Source: Squalus acanthias (taxonomy: Eukaryota). From it: 64,000 nucleotides of DNA. The position numbers and the translations under genes were made by a program. Location: assembly GCA_030390025.1 (NCBI GenBank), contig CM059432.1, positions 147,500,001-147,564,000 on the forward strand, read 5' to 3'. Positions 25,186 to 38,423 of this stretch are shown here, one piece after another (the first letter of the stretch is position 1; every line of letters starts with the position of its first letter). The notes under the pieces are model-generated. The model ran no database searches, was not told the origin of the DNA, and was given only the letters and a program-made list of their open reading frames with translations.

Positions 25186-25672
25186 AGAAACATAGAAACA
25201 TAGGAGCAGGAGTCGGCCATTCGGCCCTTCGAGCCTGCTCCACCATTCAATATGATCATAGCTGATCCTCTATCTCAATACCATATTCCCGCTCTATCCC
25301 CATACCCCTTGATGCCTTTTGTGTCTAGAAATCTATCTATCTCCTTCTTAAATATATTCAGTGACTTGGCCTCCACAGCCTTCTGGGGTAGAGAATTCCA
25401 CAGGTTCACCACCCTCTGAGTGAAGAAATTTCTCCTCATCTCAGTCCTAAATGTCCTACCCCGTATCCTGAGACTGAGACCCCTCGTTCTAGACCCCCAG
25501 CCAGGGGAAACATCCTCCCTGCATCCAGTCTGTCTAGCCCTGTCAGAATTTTATACGTTTCAATGAGATCCCCTCTCATTCTTCTAAACTCTAGTGAATA
25601 CAGGCCCAGTCGACCCAATCTCTCCTCATATGACAGTCCTGCCATCCCAGGAATCAGTCTGGTGAACCTTCG
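25186..25672 (-). mobile_element. CR1 LINE 3' end
   Basis: GLSYEERLGRLGLYSLEFRRMRGDLIETYKIL and a CR1 3'UTR. Confidence 0.9.
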
Positions 25673-25880
25673 TTAACTTCTTAAATGATTCCAGGGTTGG
25701 GGCCTCAGTGACTCTAATCCTGAAGTCCATTCCAAGTTCCTAGAGAACATTTTCTTGGAGTGATCTAAACTGCTTCAGGAGGCAAGGACTCAATTTGGAG
25801 ACTTGTCTGGAATTTGAAAATATTGGATTAGGCTCCGTGGCCCTTTTTTTATTCTAAAAAAAATGCCTTGATTCCTCGTA

Positions 25881-26830
25881 CAATAACAACTTGCATTTAT
25901 ATAGCGCCTTTAACATAGTAAAATTTCCCAAGGCGCTTCACAGGAGCGTTATCGGACAACAAATTGACACCGAGCCGAAGAAAGAAACATTAGGGCAGGC
26001 GACCAAAAGCTTGGTCAAAGAGGTAGGTTATAAGGAACGTCTTAAAGCAGCAGAGAGAGGTGGAGAAGTGGAGAGGTTTAGGGATGGAATTCCAGACCAT
26101 AGGGCCGAGGCGGCTGAAGCCACGGTCTCCAATGATGTGGCAAAAGTGGGGAATGCGTAAAAGGCCAGAGTTGGAAGAACGCAGAGTTCTTGGAGGGTTT
26201 TAGGGCTTGAGGAGGTTGCAGAGATAGGGAGGGGTGAGACCATGGAGGTACTTGAACATAAGGATGAGAATTTTAAAATTGAGGCGTTGGTGGATCGGGA
26301 GCCAATGTAGGTCAGCGAGGGGTGATGGGTGAACGGGACTTGGTGCGAGTTAGGAGATAAGCAGCAGAGTTTCAGATGAGCTTTAAGTTTATGGAGGGTA
26401 GAAGATGGGAGGAAGGCATTGGAGTCTGGAGATAACACAAGCATGAATGAGGGTTTTAGCAGCAGATGGGCTGAGGCAGGGATGGAGACGGGTGATGTTA
26501 CGGAAGTGAAAGTAGGCGATCTTTGAGATGGTAAAGATATGAGGCTGGAAGCTCAGCTCAGGATCAAATAGGATGCTGAGGTTGCAAGCAGTCTGGTTCA
26601 ACCTGAGACAGTGGCCAGGCAGATGGATGGAATCGGGGTCTGAAGACAATGGCCTCGGTCTTCTCAATGTTTAATTGGAAGAAATTTTGGCTGATTCGGG
26701 ACGAGATGCCGGACTAGCAGTCTGACAACACAAAGGCAGTGAAGGGGTTGAGAGAGGTGGTGGTGAAGCAGAAGTGGGTGTCGCAGAGGTTTGGGATGCA
26801 GTCACCGAAGGACAGTATGTAGATGAGAAA
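25881..26830 (-). mobile_element. L2 LINE 3' portion
   Basis: Tail GGCGCTATATAAATGCAAGTTG; NL..LFDPELSF.PHI..ISKIAYFHFRNI.RL.P.LS..AAKTLIHA. Confidence 0.88.
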
Positions 26831-27174
26831 TAGGAATTGTTCTTGTTGAGTCCTCCTGATTCGCTGCAATGCATGTCGATCATGGTAAGGACGTACATTA
26901 TTTTGCCTCCAATCTGTGCCTCTGCTGAAGTTCTGGTGATCCGCTCCATGTGTTCCCTTCAGACGTCCAATGTAACCGCCTCCCATACTCACTTCAGCAG
27001 CCCAATCCAAACCATCTAGATTCTTTTGCAGTCCAACATGCTCGTGTTATTTAAGCTGCAGTTTCCACATCAGGTTTGCTACATTCAGCTATTCTACTGT
27101 GCTTGTCAACTCTACTTGCAATGGATTCTGGGTGGGCCAGAGTGAGCTGATGACGACAACAGATGTGGGTGTGG

Positions 27175-28880
27175 ACACCACTCGTCACATCCTGCCAATT
27201 AGAGTACCTGCCCATTATCCCTACTCTCTGTCTCCGGTCGCTCAGCCAATTTCCTAACCAGGTCAATAATTTGCCCTCAATACCATGGGCTTCAACCTTA
27301 GTTAACGGTCTCTTATGAGGGACTTTATCAAATGCTTTCTGGAAGTCCATGTAAGAACATCCATAGATATTCCCCTGTCCACTACTTTAGTCACCTCTTC
27401 AAAAAATTCAATCAGGCTTGTCAGGCATGACCTCCCTTTACAAATCCATGCTGGCTCTCTCTGATCGGCTGAAAATTTTCAAGGTGTTCAGTCACTCTAT
27501 CATTAATTATAGACTCTAGCAATTTCCCGACAACAGATGTTAGGCTAACTGGCCTATAATTCCTTGGTTTCTCTCTCTCACCATTCTTAAATAGCGGAGT
27601 GAGATGCACAATTTTCCAATCTAAAGGAACGATTGTTGAATCAAGAGAACTTTGGAAGATTATAGTTCGGGCATCTGCAATGTGCTCACCAACTTCCTTT
27701 AAAACCCTGGGATGGAAACCATCTGGTCCTGAGGATTTGTCACTCTTTAGTGCCATTATTTTCTTCATTACTGTTATTTTGCTTAATTAATTTTATTGAG
27801 GCCCTGTCCCTGATTCAATATTAGTTTCCTTGGGATTTCCAGCATGCTAGCCTCTTCCTCTACTGTAAATACTGATGCAAAGTAATTATTCAACATGTCC
27901 GCCATTTTCTTATCATTGACACTATTGCCGATATCAGTTTTCAAGGGGCCCACATTGCTCCTGACCACCCTCTTTTTCCTAATATAATTTAAAAAAATTT
28001 GTGTTGATTTTGATGTTTCTTTTTATACTCCCTTTTAGTAGCTCTTACTATCCACTTTGTCACTCTTTGCTGTTCTTTGTATCTTTCCCATTCACCAGGA
28101 TCTGTGCTATTTGTTGCATTTTTGTATGCTTTTTCTTTAAGTTTTTTGTTGTCTCTTATCTCTTTAGTCGACCATGGCATTTTTTTTTGGCAAGTAGAGT
28201 TCTTGCCCCTCAGGTGTATAAACTGGTTCTGTATCACATTCAATTCTACTGATCTTCTGTCATTTTACCCAGTAACAGATTTGCCCAGTTTACTGTGGAC
28301 AGTCTCTGTCTCATCCCTTTGAAGTCGGCCTTACCCAAAACTAGAATCTTAGTAGCTGTTTCACGTTTCTCCCTTTCAAACACTACATTGAACTCGATCA
28401 TGTTATGATCGCTATTAGATAAATGTTCACGCACCGTTAGGCTGTTAACTAATGGCTCATTACTCATTCCTAAATCTAATATGGCATGTCCACTTATACA
28501 ATAGCAAAATACTGCGGATGCTGGAAATCTGAAATAACAACAGAAAATGCTGGAAACACTCAGCAGGCCAGGCAACATCCGTGGATGCTGCCTGGCCTGC
28601 TGAGTGTTTCCAGCATTTTCTGTTGTTATTTGGCATGTCCACTTGTTGGTTCTAGGACATATTGTTGCTAAAAAGTATGCCAGACACACTCAAGAAATTC
28701 ACTACCTTTCTGACCTATGCTAATCTGCTTATCCCAATCTATATGAAAGTTAAAATCTCCCATTAAAACCACTCTACCTTTACTACACGCTTGCCTAATC
28801 TCTGCAGTTATACAATCTAGCACTTCACAGCTGCTACCAGGGGGGCCTATACACAACTCTCACTACAGTCTTAAACCCTT
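27175..28880 (-). mobile_element. CR1 ORF2 fragment (endonuclease to RT), decayed
   Basis: MGDFNF, SDHNMI.F, KSSGPDGFHPRVLKE, NYRPVSLTS, DFQKAFDKVPH. Confidence 0.9.
28496..28630. mobile_element. Short foldback PLE family A insertion without hammerhead
   Basis: Palindrome centred 28581/28582; 14-bp TSD TGGCATGTCCACTT at 28482-28495 and 28631-28644. Confidence 0.9.
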
Positions 28881-29863
28881 CTTCAATCTGATTGGTTAAG
28901 GAGATACACAGTTGCTTGCACTGTTCACACTGGTACCAGATGTTCTGTAGAGGGCGCTGTACTTTTTGGCTCTCTAATTTAAAGTAAGTTCCAGTGCAAA
29001 ACCCCATCGAAAGTCTATGGGCGAGAGCTGGCGTCGGTCATTTGGCGCTGACCGCAAAATCCAACCCAATAGCTTGAAAGAAAGAAAGACTTGCATTTAT
29101 AACTCCCCAATAACATTAGAATAATGCCCCAAAATGTGCTTGAAATTGCACTGGTTAGGTCACAGTTCAAGTTTCCACGAACATTAATTTGCATAATCAC
29201 AAATGTAAGATCTTCCATGAGCCAGCGCAATGGTCAGTGTAATAGAACGTAATTGTCTCTTATCTTTCTTTCCATTCAAATGTATTCCTTGATGTATTTA
29301 AGAGCGGTAACCTGGTGCAGTTTTATTAATACAGCTGAAAATGGGTTTATCACCATAAATAATAATTTTTAATAAGGGTGTCCAGTCCTCCACCTGTGAG
29401 TAACCTGATTTAAAATCACTGCAAATGACGTTAAAAAAAACTATAGTGAACCATTTAATAGTTTAATTGATGTACACTAGTCAGTTTCTTACTAAATTAA
29501 ATATTTCATGATATGAAAAGCCGTAAAACATTCCTACTACTATCTGTGCGCCTGAGAAAATGAACGCAATTTGAAGACCCTTCCCGAACCAGCGCAGTCG
29601 GCGCAATTTTGCAATTTTGTCCGAGGGGTATGGCCACTTCTGTGGGCGGGGCCTGATCCAGCTAATTGAATCTTGAACCAGTGTAAAAGATCGCAGAAAA
29701 AAATGAGCGTAAGTGGTTTTGGCAGTAATTCACTTGCGTTTAAAATTTCCCGATCTTTTGTGATACTTTGGCTGATTCTGCCCAAATTGCGCTGATATAA
29801 ATAATGGAAACAAGCAGAAACCCGACCCCCGTGTGCATAAATACATGGAGCGTGACAAATACG

Positions 29864-30266
29864 ATTTTTTTTTATTCGTATATGGGATGTGGGCGTCACT
29901 GGCAAGGCCAGCATTTATTGCCCATCCCTAATTGCCCTTGAGAAGGTGGTGGTGAACCGCCTTGAACCGCTGCAGTCCGTGTGGTGAAGGTGCTCCCACA
30001 GTGCTGTTACGGAGGGACTTCCAGGATTTGGACCCAGCAACGATGAAGGATCGGCGATATACTTCTAAGTCGGGATGGTGTGTGACTTGGAGGGGAACCT
30101 GGAGGTGGTGGTGTTCCCATGCGCCTGCTGCCCTTGTCCTTCTAGGTGGAAGAGGTTGTGGGTTTGGGAGGTGCTGCCGAAGAAGTCTTGGCGAGTTGCT
30201 GCAGTGCCTCTTGTAGATGGTACACACTGCAGCCACGGTGCGCCGGTGGTGGAGGGAGTGAATGTT
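29864..30266 (-). mobile_element. RTE-X-like LINE 3' end
   Basis: AAVCTIYK.HCSNSPRLL; poly-T at the left end. Confidence 0.85.
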
Positions 30267-30428
30267 TCAGGTGGTGGAGCTGCAGGCACAAGTTGTCACG
30301 TGGGATTATGAGATAGGGGCAACCTGGCTTAAACAAGGGCAGGAATGGAAAATTAACATTCCTTGCTACAATGTATGAAATAGGGAAGGAAAAAAGGGAG
30401 AGGGATGACGGTATTGATCAAATATATT

Positions 30429-31170
30429 GGCCCAAAAATTAGTGCCTCTACGCGAGAGTACGCACTGTGTACTCTCGCGTATTCTGTCTCCAATTGCCGG
30501 TTTTCTGCATGCACTGCGCATGCGCTGAAAACCGGCACTTGGTGATTTCAAAAGGGGGCGGTTCCTAGGTGAACCGCGTGCACGCTACAGGCTGCGCGCA
30601 CGCTGTGCACTTAGTGCTTTGAACGTGCAGGTAAGCATGGAAGATTTTGCACATAAAGAAAGGAGGCGTAAGACCCTCTTTTAACAAGGTAAGTAGTTAA
30701 TTAAGTATTATTTTGAATTTTTTTCAACAGGTATATCTTTTTTAGAGACTTTAAAGAAAGGTAAGTTTATTTTTATAACTTTTTAAAAGATTTAAAAAAT
30801 TTTCAAAAATTTAATTTTTTGTTTAAAGTGGTTAATTTATTTAACTATACTTATTTTATTAATGTGATGGTTTTTTTTAAAATTTAATTGAGGTTTAGCT
30901 GTTCTTTTGGGGGGGTATAGATTCATAGCTTTCACAGCACTTATGTGAAAACTATGAATGAAAGATGGTGTGCTGCCATTGGCTCTAACTGAATCACGTG
31001 ATCCCACAGCTCGCACGAATTAACTGCGTCTGTGGGATACGCACACACTGCCCAGCTGCTGTCTAGAACATCAAGTTCGTGCGAGCTGGGAATGAAAAAG
31101 CCGGCGCGCAGTGAGATATCGCGGGGAAGCCTTACCCCCGCACGAAGGCTCCCTCACTAATTTTTGGGCC
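30429..31170. mobile_element. Harbinger-type MITE
   Basis: Perfect 16-bp TIR GGCCCAAAAATTAGTG, TSD ATT, AT-rich core. Confidence 0.92.
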
Positions 31171-31476
31171 ATTGTTACAACCCTAGAAAGGGAAGTTGTG
31201 TTTGAGGGTTCTAAGACATAATGGGAGTTAAATTGGATAACCCCTTAAAGCGGGCGCAGGGATTGCGATGTACGATTAACCCGCGCCCGTTCATTGAAAT
31301 GCAGGGAAGATGCCAACATTATGTTGCCGACTATTTCCATGATTTCTGATGGTTTATGTCTCAGGTTCAAACGTTGCACAAGCAGCATCCACCTAACGTC
31401 TGAGTGCTGCCGTCGAAGCTCAGACCACTGCCATCCTGGATCTGGATACCAGTTTACAAAGGGGCTTCCAGTGCAT

Positions 31477-31858
31477 CACATTGAAACGTATAAAATTCTG
31501 ACAGGGCTAGACAGACTGGATGCAGGGAGGATGTTTCCCCTGGCTGGGGGGTCTTGAACAAGGGGTCACAGTCTCAGGATACGGGGTAGGACATTTAGGA
31601 CTGAGATGAGGAGAAATTTCTTCACTCAGAGGGTGGTGAACCTGTGGAATTCTCTACCACAGAAGGCTGTGGAGGCCAAGTCACTGAATATATTTAAGAA
31701 GGAGATAGATAGATTTCCAGACACAAAAGGCGTCAAGGGGTATGGGGAGAGAGCGGGAATATGGTATTGAGATAGAGGATCAGCCATGATCATATTGAAT
31801 GGCGGAGCAGGCTCGAAGGGCCGAATGGCCGACTCCTGCTCCTATTTATTTTTCTATG
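31477..31858 (+). mobile_element. CR1 LINE 3' end
   Basis: IETYKILTGLDRLDAGRMFP and 3'UTR; flanked by Harbinger fragments. Confidence 0.88.
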
Positions 31859-31976
31859 CTTCTTCAACCATCCAGCAATTTGTTCTACAATAGAATAGTA
31901 GGATTGCTGAGGCGCCGCCTGGGGAGAGTGGCAGTGTCTCCATGGAGTACGAACCTGCTGTCCTCTCTCAGGATGG

Positions 31977-33246
31977 TAAGGTAAATCATGCCTGACTAAT
32001 CTACTGGAATTTTTTGATAAAATAGATAAGGGAGAACCAGTGGATGTGGTGTATTTGGACTTCCAAAAGGCTTTTGATAAGGTCCCGCATAAGAGGTTAG
32101 TGTGTAAAGTTAAGGCACATGGGATTGGGGGCAAGGTACTGACTTGGATAGAGAACTGGTTGTCAGACAGAAAGCAAAGAGTTGGAATAAACGGGTCTTT
32201 TTCCGAGTGGCAGGCAGTGACTAGTGGGGTACCGCAGGGATTGGTCCTTGGACCCCAGCTATTCACAATATGTATTAATGATCTAGACAAGGGAACTAGA
32301 TGTAATATCTCCAAGTTTGCAGACAACACAAAACTGGGTGGGCGTGTGTGCTGCGAGGAGGATGCCGAGAAACTCCAGGATGATTTGGACAGGTTGGGTG
32401 ATTGGGCAGAAGCATGGCAGATGCAATATAACGTGGATAAATGCGAGGTTATCCACTTTGGTGTCAAAAACAGAAAGGCAGATTATTATCTGAATGGCAA
32501 TAGATTGGGAGAAGGGGAAGTGCAACGAGACCTGGGTGTCCTTGTGCACCAGTCGCTGAAGGTAAGCATGCAGGTGCAGCAGGCGGTTAAGAAGGCAAAT
32601 GGTATGTTGGCCTTCATAGCGAGAGGGTTTGAGTACAGGAACAAGGATGTCTTGCTGCAGTTGTACAGGGCCTTGGTGAGACCACACCTTGAGTACTATG
32701 TGCAGTTTTGGTCGCCTTATCTGAGGAAGGATGTTCTTGCCCTGGAAGGAGTTCAGCGAAGATTCACAAGGCTGATACCTGGGATGGCAGGAATGACGTA
32801 TGAAGAGAGATTGGGTCGATTGGGCTTATACACGCTGGAGTTTAGAAGAATGAGAGGGGATCTCATTGAAACTTATAAAATTCTAACAGGACAGGACAAA
32901 CTAGATGCAGGAAGGATATTCCCGATGGTCAGGGAGTCCAGAACCAGGGGTCACAGTCTAAGGATAAGGGGTAAGCCATTTAGGACAGAAATGAGGAGGA
33001 ATTTCTTCACCCAGGAATTCTCTGCCACAGAAGGCAGTAGAAGCCAATTCATTACATAGATTCAAGAAGGAGTTGGATATATTTCTTAAAGCTAAAGGGA
33101 TCAAGGGATATGGGGAGAAAGCAGGGACAGAGTACTGAATTTGGATGATCAGCCATGATCTCATTGAATGGCGGAGCAGGCTAGAGGGGCCGAATGGCCT
33201 ACTCCTGCTCCTATCTTCTATGATTCTATGATCTATGATTCTATGA
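31977..33246 (+). mobile_element. CR1 LINE with a 339-aa RT ORF (32040-33059)
   Basis: YLDFQKAFDKVPH, SGVPQG, KFADNTK, VRPHLEY; (TCTATGA)n tail; splits a Myb fragment. Confidence 0.95.
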
Positions 33247-34120
33247 TGACAGCATTCGTGCTCCCACCACTGCCACTCCGCCAGTGTCCTTGTTGTTGCC
33301 TGTCAGCTGGCCAGCCCAGACTGCTGCCGCCCAGGCCAAGATGAAGAACAATAACTCCACTGGAAAAGTGTTACAGCCATGGCTATCTAGAGAAATTAAG
33401 GATAGGATTAAATTAAAAGAAGAGGCTTAGGACGTTGCCAAAAAGACTAGTTGCCTGAGGATTGGGAGGGTTTTAAAAATCAGCAAAGGATGTCCAAGAA
33501 ATTGATAAAGAGGGAGAAAATAGAATATGAGAGTAAACTAGCAAGAAATATCAAAACAGATTTTAAGAGCTTTTACAAGTATGTAAAAATGAAGAGAGTA
33601 GCGAAAGTAAACGTGGCCCCTTAGAGGCAGAGACAGGAGAAATTATAAAAGGGAATAAGGAAATGGCAGAGACGTTCAACAAATATTTTGTGTCTGTTTT
33701 CACAGTAGAAGACACAAAGAACATATCAGAAATTGTGGGAAACCGAGGGTCTAATGAGAGTGAGAAACTTATAGTAATTAATATTAGTAAAGCAAAAGTA
33801 CTGGAGGAATTAATGGGATTAAAAGCCGACTGATTCTTTGCACTTGTTGGCCTATACCCATGGGTTTTAAAAAAGGTGGCTGCAGAGATAGTGGATGCGT
33901 TTCAGATTATCCTGAAATATTTACACTGTTTCTCTCTCCATTTTCTGTTTTATTTGAGATAGTGGATACATTGGTTTCAATCTTCCAGAATTCATTAGAT
34001 TCTCGAACGGTCCCCCTGGATTGGTAGGTAGCAAATGTAATCCCACTGTTCAAGAAAGGAGGAAGAGAGAAAACAGGGAACCAATTAGCCTGACAACAGT
34101 AGTAGGGAAAAGCTAGAATC

Positions 34121-37100
34121 TTTTTTTTTATTCGTTCATGGGATGTGGGCGTTGCTGGCAAGGCCAGCATTTATTGCCCATCCCTAATTGCCCTTGAGAA
34201 GGTGGTGGTGAGCCGCCTTCTTGAACCGCTGCAGTCCATGTGGTGAAGGTACTCCTACAGTGCTGTTCGGGAGGGAGTTCCAGGATTTTGACCCTGCACT
34301 GATGAAAGGGCGGGAATTTATTTCCAAGTCAGGAAGGTGTGTGACTTGAAGGGGAACTTGCAGGTCATGGTGTTCCCATGCGCCTGTTGCCCTTGTCCTT
34401 CCAGTTTGGGAGGTGCTGTTGAAGAAGCCTTGGTGAATTGCTGCAGTGAATCTTGTAGATGGTACACACTGCAGCCATGGTGCACCGGTGGCGGAGGGAG
34501 TGAATGTTTAAGATGGTGAATGGGGTGCCAATCAAACGGGCTGCTTTGCCTTGGATGGTGTTGAGCTTCTTGAGTGTTGTTGAAGCTGCACTCATCCAGG
34601 TAAGTGGAGAGTATTCCATCACACTCCTTACTTGTGCCTTGTAGATGGTGGAAAGGCTTTGGGGAGTCAGGAGGTGAGACACTCACCGCAGAATACCCAG
34701 CCTCTGACCTGCTCTTGTAGCCACAGTATTTATGTGGCTTGTCCAGTTAAGTTTCTGGTCAATGGTGACCCCCAGGATGTTGATGGTGGGGGATTCGGCG
34801 ATGGTAATGCCATTGAATGTCAAGGGGCGGTGGTTGGACTCTCTCTTGTTGAAGATAGTCAATGCCTGGCACTTGTGTGGCGCGAATGTTACTTGCCACT
34901 TATCAGCCCAAGCCTCAAAGTTGTCCAGGTCTTGCTGCATGCGGGCATGGACTTCTTCATTATTTGAGGAGTTGTGAATGGAATTGAACACGGTGCAATC
35001 ATCAGCGAACATGCCCACTTCTGACCTTATGTTGGAGGGAAGGTCATTGATGAAGCAGCTGAAGATGGTTGGGCCTAGGACACTGCCCTGAGGAACTCCT
35101 GCAGCTGTGAAGGAATAAGCAATATACCTATTCTGAAAAATACACCATCCTATAAAAGAATTCTGACTTTATTAAAACATGACAAACTGGGCTTGAAAAT
35201 CTAAAAACCTAACAATGGAAAAGCTGTAAACAGCATACAGGCTATTGAGATAAGATAAGTTGTTGACACTGAATCAATAACCTTACTGAAACAGGAGGTT
35301 GGAGGTTCCTGAAAGTCTAAGCTTTGGAAAGAACACAATGGTATACCCTGTTAAGGTGTCTTAAACCAACACTTTCAAATGAAACACAGAAAATTAAAGA
35401 AACATATGCCTTCGTAAAAATGACATCAAATGAAAGACAGGAGACATGAGTCTGTGTTACAACCAGCTGAGGTAACTAAGAAGACAATGGTGCACCTGGT
35501 TGAGGTGTTTTTAATTCACATGTCGTAAAAAGATACAAACAGAAGACCTTGGTAAGAATGACATCAAATAGATACACCAGCCATCACATTGTTTTTGTGT
35601 TAAGCTTGAGACACCTACACAGGAGACATAATTCTTAATGCTACCAGCTGAACTGACTGCAAGAATAGCAGAAGTCAGCAGAAAAATGACTAGAGATAAT
35701 TAGCTTACATCAGCAGAAAACTTCAAAGGATATACCACTGAGAAAGGGTATAAAAATTGAACTTTCAAATGGGATGATAGATTCGCTGTAAAGGGGCAAA
35801 GCGATTCTCGGCTTCAGAGGCAAGCTCTATAAGTCTTCAACTCTTTGTATCTCGGGGATCAAGGTATTTGATTTTGGTGGATATCCTGGAATAAACTAAG
35901 AACTGTAAAACTAGCGAAGTTAAGATTTGAGAATAAGGATCTCTGATAATAAGATTGTAAAAGCTTTTTTTATTTGGAACTGTTAATGTTGCGATTGAAT
36001 CACCAACTGTAAATTATATGTCGGTTCTTTAATAAATCTATATATTTTTAGAATTATCTCACATAGTACTTCTGTATCAAACTCGCGAACTCAATCTCTG
36101 TACACTCTTTGGTGAGAAGTTGCAGAATTCTGGGGGAGTTTTCCGGACCCTCATAATATCCGGAATGTTACAGTCTAGCTAAACTTATTAAAAGTGCTAT
36201 CTGGAGGATGGTAACATCTTCAGGTTGTTCCTTTCCTTTAGGGAGAGATAGTCTGGACCTTTAGACCCAATTAAGCGTCTTTAGGATTCGGCTACCTCAA
36301 ACTTTAGTTGAAGGTGAACGTCTGGGGAATACGCCTGATCCGGGGTAGCCCTAACGGGGCTAGGACTAGTAATTATCCCTTCACAGCGATGTCCTGGGGC
36401 TGAGTTGATTGTCCTCCAACAACCACAACCATCTTCCTTTGTGCTAGGTATGACTCCAGCCAGTGGAGATTTTTCCTCCTGATTCTCATTGACTTCAATT
36501 TTACTGGGGCTCCTAGATACCACACTTGGTCAAATGCTGCCTTGATCTCAAGGACAGTCACTCTCACCTCACCTCTGGAATTCAGCTCTTTTGTCTATGT
36601 TTAGACCAAGGCTGTAATGAGGTCTGGAGCAGAGTGGTCCTGGTGGAACCCAAACTGAGCATCAGTGAGCAGGTTATTGGTGAGTAAGTGCCACTTGATC
36701 GCACTGTCAACGACACCTTCCATCACTTTGCTGATGATTGAGAGTAGACTGATGGGGCGGTAATTGCCCGGATTGGATTTGTCCTGCTTTTTGTGGACAG
36801 GACATACCTGGGCAATTTTCCTCATTGTCGGGTAGATGCCTGTGTTGCAGCTGTACTGGAACAGCTTGACTAGAGGCACGGCCAGTTCTGGAGCACAAGT
36901 TTTCAGCACGATAGACGGGATGTTGTCGGGGCCCATAGCCTTTGCTGTATCCAGTGCGCTCAGCCATTTCTTGATATCACGTGGAGTGAATCGAATTGGC
37001 TGAAGACTGGCTTCTATGATGGTGGGGACCTCAGGAGGAGGTTGAGATGGATCATCCAATTGGCACTTCTGGCTGAAGATGGTTGTGAATGCTTCAGCCT

Positions 37101-37922
37101 TGTCTTGTGCACTCACGTGCTGGGCTCTGCCATCATTGAGGATGGGGATGTTCATTGAGCCTCTCCTCCCGTTAGTTGTTTAATTGTCCACCACCATTCA
37201 CGACTGGATGTGACAGGACTGCAGAGCTTTGATCTGATCTGTTGATTGTGGGATCGCTTAGCTCTGCCTATAGCATGCAGCTTCCGCTTTTTAGCATGCA
37301 TGTAGTCCTGTGTTGTAGCATCACCAGGTTGGCACTTCATTGGTTTGGTCCCCTGGCTTGATGGTAATGGTAGAGTGAGGGATATGCCGGGCCATGAGGT
37401 TACAGATTGTGGTGGAATACAATTCTGCTGCTGCTGATGACCCATAGTACCTCGTGGATACCCACTTATGAGCTGCTAGATGTGTTCTGAATGTATCCCA
37501 TTTATCACGGTGGTAGTGCCACATATTATGATGGAGAGTGTCCTCAGGGTGAAGATGGGACTTTGTCTCCACAGGGACTGTGCGGTGGTCATTGCTACCA
37601 ATGCTGTCATGGACAGATTTATCTGCGACAGGCAGATTAGTGAGGACGAGGTCAAGTAGGTTTTTCCCTTGTGTTGGTTCTCGCCACCTGCCGCAGGTCC
37701 AGTCTGTCAGCTATGTCCTTCAGGACTCGGCCAGCTCGGTCAGTAGTGGTGCTACCGAGCCACTCTTGGTGATGGACATTGAAGTTCCCCACCCAGAGTA
37801 CATTCTGTGCCCTTGCTACCCTCAGCGCTTCTTTCAAATGGTGTTCAACATGGAGGAGTACTGATTCATCAGCTGAGGGAGGGCGGTAGGTAGTAATCAG
37901 CTGGAGGTTTCCTTGCCCATGT
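34121..37922 (-). mobile_element. Long RTE-X-like LINE (APE to RT) interrupted by a solo LTR
   Basis: VGNFNVHHQEWLGS, KAMGPDNIP, NYRPISLLS, MFADD, poly-T tail at 34121. Confidence 0.88.
35106..36383 (+). mobile_element. Solo LTR, 1278 bp
   Basis: Ends TGTGAAGG..CCTTCA; 4-bp TSD CAGC; LINE rejoins as CCTGCAGCGATG; TATAAAA 35749-35755; AATAAA 36031-36036. Confidence 0.8.
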
Positions 37923-38423
37923 ATAATTTATTATTAAGGACGTGGTAACAGGGCACTAGAATAATTACAATATGATTAGGCAGAGTCAACATGGTTTTAT
38001 GAAAAGTAAATCATGTTTGACAAATCTAATAGAGTTTTTTGAGGTTGTAACTAACAGGTTAGATAAGGGGGAACCAGTGGATGTAGTGTATTTGGATTCC
38101 CAAAAAGCATTTGATAAGTTGCCACACAAGAGGTTATTACACAAGATTAGGGCTCATGGGATTTGGGGTAATATATTAGCATGGATTGTGGATTGGTTTA
38201 CAGACAGAAGACAGAGAGTAGGAATAAACGGGTCATTTTTGGGATGGCAGGCTGTAACTCGTGGGGTACCGCAAGCATCAGTGCTTGGGCCTCAGCTATT
38301 TACAATCTATATCAATGACTTAGATGAGGGGACAGTGTGTAATGTATCCAAGTTTGCTGACGATACAAAGCTAAGTGAGAATTAAGTTGTGAGGAGAATT
38401 CAAATAGGCTGTAAAAGGATATA

